The notes under the pieces were generated by a model. The model saw nothing but the letters and a program-made list of their open reading frames with translations, made no database searches and was not told the DNA's origin. A stretch of DNA of 64,000 nt. Source: Felis catus. Lineage: Eukaryota. Positions 47,801-58,191 of the stretch are shown piece after piece; the stretch's first letter is position 1; each line of letters starts with the position of its first letter. Made by a program: the position numbers and the translations under genes. Where the stretch lies: the NCBI RefSeq assembly GCF_018350175.1, contig NC_058368.1, positions 163,186,001-163,250,000 on the forward strand. Reading direction: 5' to 3'.

Positions 47801-48939
47801 GGGGAGTTACCACCCTTTTGCCATTGGAAGTTCTTGTGATACTTTTTTTTTTCTTTTAATTAAATCAGTATGAATTTGTTTTAGTGAACTAATTTGAACC
47901 CAAATGCTAGTATAATCCCATATGCCACTGTCATTTTTGATTGTTTTTGTACTTATAGTATGTTTAACTGAAATTAGGAAAAGGGTTGTATTAAGATGAG
48001 AGGAGCCAAGAACATTGCTCATCTGGGCTAGAAATTCAATGTAAATTATGAGGCAGAGCTGATTTGGGATTAAGGGTGTTTATATATATCATCAGAAAAG
48101 TGATTCGGGGGAGGAGGTAGGCTGGCTACTGTGGCTGACTGTTAAGGCTTTAGAAATCCTGGCTGAACATCTCCTCAAAAGTGGCACTTTAACCCCCATT
48201 TGCTTCTGAATCAGCACTTGCCAACATAAATTTACTTTAGTTAAAGAAACAGGGTCAGCTCAGGGCCTTGTTGAACACTAAACTTTGATTGAAGGATTAT
48301 GGTGGTTGCATGGGAATTATATGAGATTGATCATACTTTGGTAGTCAAGGGGTGACTTCTTTGGGAAAAATGCTATCTTTTGTTGTTGTTGTTGTTGTTG
48401 TTGCTGTTGTTTTTGGAAGAGTATTTTCACCTTCTAACTTTGGTTTTCTTTCAGTTTGAGAAATTATAATATTGTTGGATATCTGTGAAGCCTTGGGATC
48501 TGCTAGGAAATAAGAAGTGGATTTTCTGATGTTTAGGACAAATTAAAGGGGTGTACAGTTATCCAGCAAGAATATGTCAGAGCTTGGTGGAGCTCATGCT
48601 GTCATTGGGTAGATTCTGTCCCTGATCCCAGCTCTGTGCTGTGGGTGGCTTAATGTAGGTGTGTACTTCACAGGGCTTCTCTGTGAGATCCTCAGGGATC
48701 CAAGGAAGAGGTAGTGATTTTTGTACGAAGTTGTCAATTTAGGAAAGCGTTTATAATCTTCTCTAAGAAGGTGGTGAGATTGCACTGATTATAAAGTGTA
48801 TTGGAGTGGCAAGAGGAAATAGAACACTGATGAGAAAATGATTTGTAGATTAAAAGGAGAATAAAAACTAAATGAAGCCTGGAGTTAGGGAATGGAAGTT
48901 GGAGAGATTACGCTTCTTTTCTGTAAAGTAGACATCTTT

Positions 48940-49158
48940 TAACTTTATTTTTTAATGTTTATTTATTTTAGAGAGAGAGAGAGAGACAGAATGCAAGCAG
49001 GGGAGGGGCAGAGAGAGAGGGAGACAGAGAATCTGAAGCAGGCTCCAGGCTCTGAGCTGTCAGCACAGAGCCCGACGCGGGGCTGGAACTCACAGACCGC
49101 GAGATCATGACCTGAGCCGAAGTTGGATGCTTAACTGACTGAGCCACCCAGGTGCCCC
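48940..49158 (-). mobile_element. Can-SINE
   Basis: TSD TAAAGTAG(A/G)CATCTTT at 48924-48939 and 49159-49174. Confidence 0.97.
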
Positions 49159-51399
49159 TAAAGTAGGCATCTTTAATAAGACCCATAATCTGGCTACCTG
49201 GGGCCATTTGTCTCAGTGACACTTGATTTCTATTCCTGCTGGTGGTCTTACATGTTGCGTTCAGCCCTTTGGTCGGAAATCTCTTACTTTGGCCTTACTT
49301 TTGGATATACTGTTTTTTAAGCTGTACCTTTTAAAAAAATGTGACAAACTAGCTTTACTGTTGGACTATTCCTTTTTGACTGTCAGTTTTCTACAAAAGT
49401 CCATTCACCTTCTCACTTTTGTGTGTGTGTTGTCCAGATAGCCTTTATTTGCCTTTCCCATCCAGTTCTGTTTAGACAGGTGGACCATCTTCCTTCTGAG
49501 AACTGTTTAAAGCAACCTTAAAATTGTCTGGCTGGTGTATTAGGATATAGTCCACTAAAGATGTCATTGGTCTTCTCTGAGAGCAAGTAGAATAGAATAA
49601 CAAGTTCAAACACATTTTCCATTTTTTGAATTACAGTTGTAATTCATATCCATGGGTAAGAAAAACACTTAAAAGTATAAAACTATTATATAAAGTAAAA
49701 ATTGGAGGATACTCTCAGTCTGTAATTGGATATGTAACTTCTAGACATTTTCCAATGCATATTCAGGTAAGCAAACACATTTATTTTAAAACATGAATCA
49801 CATGTATAATATATATATGTGTGTGTGTGTGTATATATATATAACTATTGTCACTTATATCATGATACACTTTGCATATGTATTTACATTTTCATTTATA
49901 TCATGATAAAGTGTGCATATTTTGCTTCTCAAACTGAGGATCTCAGGAAGAACAAGTGAAATGAAGGGAGTAATTCCATTTTGTTGGAAGGCTTTTTCAT
50001 CTTACCAAAGTTAAGGAACCCTGAATTTCGTGTTTTTTTGTGACAGCTGACTATTCTACTTTCACAATTCTCCCTAACCTCTACAAGCAGTGAAAAGTCC
50101 AACTTGTCAATGAGTATAAATTCTCTACATTATTCCGGGTTGTAAATCGGTGCTGTTGTATTCTATTTTACTATTTTTTTAAGCAGTATTATCGCTATGC
50201 ATTTGTACACTGTTTACTCACAAGGGAAACATTAAAAGGCAGGCCGCACCTCATCTAGATTGAAATAGAGATAATAATAGTTTCTTTGAAGTAGTTTAGA
50301 TCTAAGTATACTGTACAGAATGACAACCTTCATTTTTTATTGCGTTATGAATATCTTAAAGACGATCTGCCAAGTTACTTGCGTTACGATTCCAGTATCT
50401 GCAGTAGAAAAATTAGACCAGAGTATTGTTTAAAAAACATGTCAATCCAATCTTCATGGAGAAGAAAACAATAGTTTTTATAGCACAGATGATAAATTGT
50501 ATACTTATTAAAGCATCACATCTGATCGAATAAGCATGGTATATCATTACAGATTCAGTCTGATGTTGAAGTGTTGTTATTTTAAGCAATTACTTTAAAC
50601 CTGTTATTTTTTAAAGGGATTGTATTCCCACGAACGTGGGTGACAGATGTGGAGGAGGACAAATAGTTCAAAGGGAGATTTAAATTATGTGTAGTTTTAG
50701 GGAATGTTACAAGTAGAAGTAATTCTGCGTGTGATAGAAGAGAATCAAAAAGACTGTGTGGCAGTAAGACAGCAGATTTCTTCTGATTTTATCTGGGTGT
50801 CATAATTAGGCATTTCGCTGGAGGTGTTTCCTGGATAAGTGATGTATTGGCAAGGCTTTCCTGGAGCTTGGAGATAAATGGAACGGGCAGCTGCTGCCTC
50901 CTGGAGAAGTAAATAGAATCAGTTTTCATTGTTATCAGCACATTGACCTCCGAAGGCACAGAAGTGAGCTTTCTTTTCAAATGGAATCAAGTATTCATCC
51001 TCAAGGAAAAGGATGTTTGTAATGCAATAATATTAATGCTCGTTAAGTGAGAAAACCATCTATGAATACTTACACTGTTGCTACCTGGGAGCATTATTTA
51101 TTGACCTGTGACTTTGTCAGAGCTTCAGCTGTGAGATGAATATTGCTAGTGGAATCATGTAATGACATTTGTCATTAAAAAGTCGCGTCTCAATGAATAG
51201 ATTCAAAATTCACTGAGTCCTCTTGCTCTGTGTCACATTTGCCGCTTCTGTGACAATCTTCACTTCCCACTTAGCAAATCTGAGCCTGGTAGCTTGAGCC
51301 CCAGGAAGTTGTTAAAGCAATTAAAGGCTTCTGTCTCCCAGCACATTGCTTGGTTACCATAGTATCCTCTGCCTCCAAGTCTCTCCTGATGATGTCAGT

Positions 51400-51512
51400 A
51401 TGCATACAGGGGTTGTTCAGAGCTTTTACGTGGGGATGATTCACCCCGCAATAAAGCCCCTCTCCCGTTGCTCGGTTTCCAGCGCACTTTCAGACGTCCC
51501 TAGAAATGGAAG
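51400..51512 (+). other. Candidate alternative first exon (start uncertain)
   Basis: Consensus donor AAG|GTGAGT at 51512/51513, local CpG cluster, ATGs at 51400 (open to the donor) and 51506 (GAAATGG), repeat-free context. Confidence 0.4.
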
Positions 51513-53088
51513 GTGAGTGCCTTGTTTTGCATATCAGAGAATTACTAAATGCCTCTATTATTCTGTTTTAGGTATGTGAATGGTTTCTTCTTTCTAAGAT
51601 ATACTAATAACTGAAATCATAGTATATGGGAGCATTTCATCCAATTACCTGGAATAGACTTACAGTTTGTACTCAAAGTGTGTGTTTGTGTGTGTGTGTA
51701 CGCATGTGAGATAGGCTTATAAAGATAACTGAATGCACAATGTAATGCTTGCTACTCTCCCTGGTAAGCAGCATTAGCAAACACAGTAGAGCTTTTGATT
51801 ACAAATTATTTGAAATACATAAATTCCCTAAAATATTTTGACAAGCGTCACTGTTTTTAAGTCTGTAAATTATATATTTTTATTGGTAGTTTGTACATTT
51901 TATCCAGTTTAAATATTAACATTTTAAAGGTCAAGATGACATGGGCAGGTACTAGAAAAGAAGGGCCAGGTTGCATTGAGAATTTGCATTGTTAGAGAAA
52001 TTAAAACTTCCATTATAGCAACAAAGATTCAGTTACAGGGAGATGTATGAAGCTTCAAGTATATTAATAACTACCATTTCATACTTATTTTATGCTTTTA
52101 ATGCTTTTCTAAATAACTCACAATTTGATAGTAAAAACAATGCTCCTATTGTCATGTTAAATGAAATTAGGGCTTTATAAAAGTTTTCCTTTAATGCATA
52201 TTCATGCTTCTTAATGATAAGCCAGCTGAGTTCAGCTCTATGACAAGAATACTTTAGAACCACTTACAACATTCTCCTAGAAGAGCCATGAACAAACATT
52301 TCCCTTGAAAAGTTAGTTTTGTGTTTCAATTTTTCTACTATGGTATGCCTCTTCAATAGACAATAAATGATGACACACAAGGCAGGTTTCTTCCTCCCAG
52401 CCTGCTTCTGAGTCTCCATGCATTATGAGAGTTCTGTCCATATGACAAGATTAGTCTTGCATTTATTTCCTCTTCTTGATTTCCACAGGACTGGTTGAGT
52501 ATGTCTATGCAGACCATGCTACTGTGTATAAATGAAGTTGGTAGGTGAAGGCAGTTTCTAATTAATTAGTGGATAGCTTTGCAAGAGAAAGAAAGAAAAA
52601 GAGTAGAGTGGATGGAGTAGAGAGCCCCTCTCCCCCAATTTTAATGTAACTGAACCTTCATTGTGTGTGGAAGTAAACAGGTGGCTCTTTTGAGATGTGG
52701 GTCAATGGTTTAAATGGTTTAGTCCATTTCTAGAGAGACATTGATTAAAATTTTTGTTTTATTTTCGGAATCTTCTCCTCCTTTGTTTTTGTGTGATACT
52801 TAGTGGACTGGTGATACCCTTCACTCACCTTTGTACAGAGAATCTGTGAGAAATAGAGTTGTGAGGGAGTATGAAAAGTTAAAAAATTTAAATTTAACTA
52901 CTTGTACGTGAAGAATTTCTGTCTTAAATATCATAAATGCTTATTTATGAGTTCTATTCTGAAAACATGCTAAACTACTTTGACTTTTAATTACTTTATG
53001 TTTAGAATACTTAATCCTGTTCATGTGTTTGAAAATTTGCTAGTTAATTGCTATCAAAAAAAATTACTGGGGCACTTGGCTGGCTTAG

Positions 53089-53168
53089 TCAGTAGGGCTG
53101 TGGCTCTTGATCTCAGGATTGTGGATTTGAGCCCTGCATTTTACTTAAAAACAAAATCTTTTTAAAAA
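53089..53168 (+). mobile_element. Short tRNA-Lys-like Can-SINE, partly deleted
   Basis: GGGGCACTTGGCTGGCTTAGTCAGTAG...CTCTTGATCTCAGGATTGTGGATTTGAGCCC...TTACTTAAAAACAAAATCTT. Confidence 0.85.
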
Positions 53169-53219
53169 AGTTCCTGAGAAGCAGAGAGATATTATGACTT
53201 ATTTACATATTGAGATATG

Positions 53220-53310
53220 TATTACATATATTACATTTTTACATTACAGTAATGTAATTAATAAATTACATTACATTAATATTACATTACATAATTACCT
53301 TACTACATAT
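53220..53310. repeat. (ATTAC)n low-complexity repeat with internal inversion
   Basis: ATTAC units interrupted by GTAATGTAAT. Confidence 0.85.
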
Positions 53311-54248
53311 ATTGCATAACTTAGATCATGGTAGGTTAAATACTAAAGAAATTAAGTCAGTGTAAAGTGTTTTCATACTTTGAAAAATTCTTTTATTGAA
53401 AACCTCTTTCCAAATGCTTGTGTTAAAAAGGAAACTTTTATATCCAGGCTATGTTCCATGAAATTTTTGCTCATTGTTGTATTAATGTTTTGGGTGATAT
53501 AATTTAATCTATTGAGTAACTAACTCTTTGTAATTAAAAAATACTTCTGTAATTTTGAGCCCTTAATATAACCATGAAGATATTTTCCTGCTGACTTAAC
53601 AGATACGGGTGGCAGTTTATAGAGAGTATACTGTGAAGATTACAGTTTCTTTTATCCTTGAGTTAAGAAGTAATTCCAAGCAGTTTTAGGCAGGGGGTTT
53701 TAAAAATTGTCTTAGGAGAGTTTTCATTTTATTCTTTCATTTTATTCCTATGTCATAATAAGAATGTTTTAAGTTTTACAGATACTCAAACTTGTTCTTG
53801 CTCAAAATATGAATGTGGCAGGTCTGTAGAGTTTACCATCATGAGACAATGGACTATGGCAGGAGAAGCATCACTTTGGTTGTCACCAGAAAGACAACAA
53901 GCTAAATGAAACTAGTATCCAAAAGAATGAGAAGAAGCTGTATGGAGAAGATAGACCTGAAAATAAACATTCTTTTTTCCAATGAGAGAAAGTGGTTCAA
54001 CTTGTAAGGGACTGGTTAAGTGCTTTGCCCCATTTTTTTTTTTTTTTTTGTTATTGTTTGTTTTGCTTTTTTGTTCTTTTAATGGCAGAGCCAGGGCTAG
54101 AACCTGGACACCCATACTCTCATAGGCCGGTTTTCATTATCATGGTAGCATTCTCCCTAGTTGGAGGTGAGCCCTTTTTCCTAGTCAACTTTTCAACCTA
54201 CTTCTCCCCTGCAAAAGGAAGGATTACAACAATATAATAAGTAGGGAG

Positions 54249-54742
54249 TTTATTAGTTTTCATTTGTTGCTGTAACACATTTAGCCAACATGGTGGTTTA
54301 AAGAATACAGTATTTTATAGCTCTGTTGGTTAGTAGTCTGGCACAGCTCTCAATGGACTACAAAGTCAAAGTATCAGAAAGGCTACATTCCATTCTGGAG
54401 GCTCTAGGCGAGAATCCATTTCCCATCTTTTCCAGCTTCTACGAAGTGCCTGTATTCTTTGGCTCATGGCCACTTTCCTTTCTCTCTACAGCTAGCAAAT
54501 GCTGAAGGAATCCTCATGCAGCCATCTCTCTGGTTCTCTGCAATTGGGGCAGAGTCTCCACTTTTAAAGAATTCATGTGATTAGATTAGGCTGATTTTAT
54601 AACCCAGGATAATCTCTCCATTTTAAGGTCCTTAACCTTAATCACATCTGCAAAGTCCTTTCTGTCCTGTAAAGCAGCATATTTTACAAGTTCTAGGGAT
54701 TAGGAAAGAGGCATCTTTCGAGACTTTATCCTGCCCACCACA
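54249..54742 (-). mobile_element. MaLR solo LTR, MLT1D/E-like
   Basis: TATTAGTTTT...TTGCTGTAACA...TTCTGGAGGCTCTAGG.GAGAATCC...CCAGGATAATCTC...AAGGTCCTTAACCTTAATCACATCTGCAAAGTCC...CTGCCCACCACA. Confidence 0.88.
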
Positions 54743-56963
54743 GAAAGCTTACAAAATGTATGGCTGATTTTATCAACATTAAATTCACACATTGGATATT
54801 TTTATTGACAACTATAAGTTAAACTGGTGATTGCCTACAGACACTATGAAATTTTGACCTAATTCGGTGGGTGCAGCCATCCCCTGCATAATTAATGAGG
54901 GAAAATCAGATTAGAGAGTAGTGTTTCACCAATTCAAACATTTAAAACTCTGAGGTATGGATCTGAGCCTTATAAAGTGACACAATTCTCAGTTTAGTAT
55001 TTTTAGTGAACGGCTCATGTCAAATGAAGTTAATTAAACAAAACTGATTTGGGAATGCAAAAATTCCATTAGTTACCTCGTATGTGAATCATCCTGGGTT
55101 TCTTTAGATACTGAAGGGTAATGGTGGGGCCGCCAGACGCAAAGGTGAGCCCTGGTAACCCTGAGTTTTGAATAACGCTGTCATTCATTGATCTGCCGTT
55201 AAGCCATTTGCGTCAAAAGACACAGCAGATGAATCTGACAGGTATGCCCTAACTGGTTTCCTAGGAAAGGCACAATATATTCCCACAATCAATAACACTA
55301 GACTTGAGGCCAACAGCTACAAAAATAGTTTATTTTATTGTTCATATCCTGTGTTTATCATAGATTTGAGCCAATTCATGGCACATGTATCCATCCATAC
55401 TAAGCATTAGGTCATTTATATCTAACAGTAGTTTTTAAAACCTCTTTGCTAAACACCAGTGGTAAAAGATGCAGAGGAGAGAGAACTCTAGCATATTACT
55501 TTTGGACAGAAAGCCTAAAATTACTTTTTGCTGTGGTTCTCTGAAGGAAAAGAAATGGGAAGAAAATCAGCTATATTCTTTCTCGTATTCCTTTTTATTT
55601 TTGGAATCATTTTCTAAGGAAAACTGAAAACTACCTTACGACCCTTGCTTAGAAGACATGAGCTTGTAGAAGGCACATTTCTTTGCAAGAAGTAACTATG
55701 GGTCCTTTTGGTACTAGAGGGGTGCAACATCCTTAGGATTCTATATAAAAGCATAATCTGATTTCATCCCATCATGGGATTTATTTTTCAATAAAAATAT
55801 TATTAAAAGAAAGGTGTTATTTGACAATGAAGTTGAAAATAAAATCAGCTAAACAATTTGATAAAGAACAAAATAGCTGTGCATCTATAGAAAATATCTC
55901 TAAAAATTTAGTTGAAAGTTTCTTCATGCTCATATTAAACTCACTTCAATGTTTACTTTTATCAATAGTATGTGTTAAATGCTAATATAAATGAAGAAAA
56001 CACGCTTTTAAACATTAAAAAAAAATGTGTACATAATACTCAATACTGAATTCCCCAGCTATAGCACATTAGAGATTAAATCTCTTTGTTTCCTTAAAAA
56101 AAAAAATCAGGGAGCAGCTGCCTTCTCTGATAGAAGAGACTATTTAATCTTTAAATCATTTTGAACTGGCTCAGTTGCTTTGCCGATCCTTTAACTTTGT
56201 TAAAAATTATCTTAAAAGCTTATCTTTGAGAGAAATCAGAGATCAAGGCACTAATTAATGGAGATGAGAGTTTTGAGGTTCTGAATCATATGTGGTCAGT
56301 GAGTGGTGGATAAGGTGGAAGGAAACTTCAAAATCAAAACTTCAAAGATTGTTATGATTTCTCACAGACTGTTTTGAAAACCAGCTCGGTTTTATTTCTA
56401 GGGGGATTTTCTCAGGCAATGGGAGTAAAGGCAATCAGCAAAGAAAGGATGGAACTAGGCAGTTATCCTAAATCTTTCTTGTTCCAAAGCCTTTGTAGAT
56501 CAGAGAACCACCACAAGCTCTACTCACTTTCCTCACTGACCTTGCATTCCATTGTTTTCCTTTAATTGTTGCTTTAATTTGACTTCCATCCTTAAAATAG
56601 GTGAGCCTTGCAAAAAGGAAAGCAATTATTGAAATTTTTATGAAGAAAGTTCTGTTATTTTAATTTGTGGAATGCCCCTGTTTCTGTTAATTTCTGCTAT
56701 GGAAGCAAGATTCTATAACCATGGACCAATTTTTTTCATTAACTCCTTCTTTGGAGCGAGTATTAATGGAAATAAATGGTTCCCATTCTGCTTGCAAAAT
56801 CTGTGGTGGGGCTGGGGGGCAAAGTCAGAGCAGCAATACTTAAATGACAAAAGATGCAGGGAGAGAGGCTTGCCATCTTCTGTCAGGGGGTTGCGGTGAG
56901 GAGGGCAGTACAAGACCAGCCAAGAGGCTGGAAAGCTTAGCACCACTTCTCATGCCTGGTTCT

Positions 56964-56998
56964 TACACTTGATCTTAGCCAAAAGGCCGAGAAGCAAT
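56964..56998 (-). pseudogene. RNU2: U2 snRNA 5'-end retropseudogene (3'-truncated, nt 1-35)
   Basis: Minus strand ATTGCTTCTCGGCCTTTTGGCTAAGATCAAGTGTA vs U2 ATCGCTTCTCGGCCTTTTGGCTAAGATCAAGTGTA (34/35); TSD TCTCATGCCTGGTTCTTA at 56948-56965 and 57000-57017. Confidence 0.96.
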
Positions 56999-57686
56999 GT
57001 CTCATGCCTGGTTCTTATTGTATCCTAGATGACTTTACAACAAGTAAGCCTATGTTGGGGGTTAGGAGGTTGATTACTGGGATTTAGCCACAGTCATGCT
57101 AGAAAATAGAGCTGTTCTCAGGTGCTTTCTTCCCATTCCAAGGGTGTTGGAGAGGGGAGGCAAATGCAGACCATCATGCGACCTTCAATATTCCTAAGTA
57201 AGGTAATGAACTCACCAATGATTTAGCTAAATTGAAACCTTCTGTTACCAAATACATACCACAAGTTAAGTTTAAAGTTTTCCCTAGAGTCTTAGGAGAG
57301 AAAGTGACAGATGAGTGTAACTTACCAATTGGAATATTAGAGTATGACAGGAGTCAGGTGGCATTGTTTTCCTTTGTTGGCAAAGGTCAGTCTTGTCCTC
57401 TTCAATCAAAGTGCAATCTCAGTGATTACTATTGAATGCTGTCACGTGCATGGTGGTGCACTAAACACAATGCAGAATTAATCAAAGGATGATGTGACCT
57501 TGCATTTCAAGGAGTTTCTGCTGAAAGAGGAACTACATATGGACAGTAACTTTCTTATCACTTAATAACCCAGATTGTCTTATTTTCATGGTTATTTTTA
57601 CCAAGTGGCAAGTTCCAGTTGGAATTTGATAAAGTCATTTTATTTACATTCTACTGAAAAGTAATGTTTTTAAAAACGGTAAACGA

Positions 57687-57901
57687 GGGGCGCCTGGGTG
57701 GCTCAGTCGGTTAAGCGGCCGACCGGCTCAGGTCATGATCTCGCGGTCCGTGAGTTTGAGTCCTGCATCGGGCTCTGTGCTGACAGCTCAGAGCCTGGAG
57801 CCTGTTTCAGATTCTGTGTCTCCCTCTCTCTGACCCTCCCCTGTTCATGCTCTGTCTCTCCCTGTCTCGAGAATAAATAAAACGTTAAAAAAAAAAAAAA
57901 A
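57687..57901 (+). mobile_element. Young Can-SINE
   Basis: GGGGCGCCTGGGTGGCTCAGTCGGTTAAGCGGCCGAC head, A tail. Confidence 0.97.
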
Positions 57902-57995
57902 GGTTAATAAGTTGATGTATTTACTTGGTGGCAGACTTATTGTTATGCTGTTAAGCGTTTTATCCTCCCACCTTTCTTGGTCCCACTTGCCTGAC

Positions 57996-58191
57996 GTAAA
58001 AAAGTTTTTTTTGATGTTTCTTAATTTTTGAGAGAGAGAGTGAACAGGGGAGGAGCAGAGATATAGGGAGAGAGAATCAGAAGCAGGCTCTAGGCTCTGA
58101 GCTGTCAGCACAGAGCCCAATGTGGGGCTCCAACACACAAGCCACGAGATCATGACCCGAGCTGAAGTCAGACGCTTAACTGAGCCACCCA
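57996..58191 (-). mobile_element. Can-SINE, slightly 5'-truncated
   Basis: TSD CCCACTTGCCTGAC at 57982-57995 and 58188-58201; lacks terminal GGGGCGCC. Confidence 0.95.

Noticed and set aside
55170..55245. miR-181-like words (AACGCTGTC, CATTCATTG) in a hairpin
   Set aside because: Pieces are in the wrong order, no contiguous mature miR-181 match, and the stem is too interrupted for a pre-miRNA
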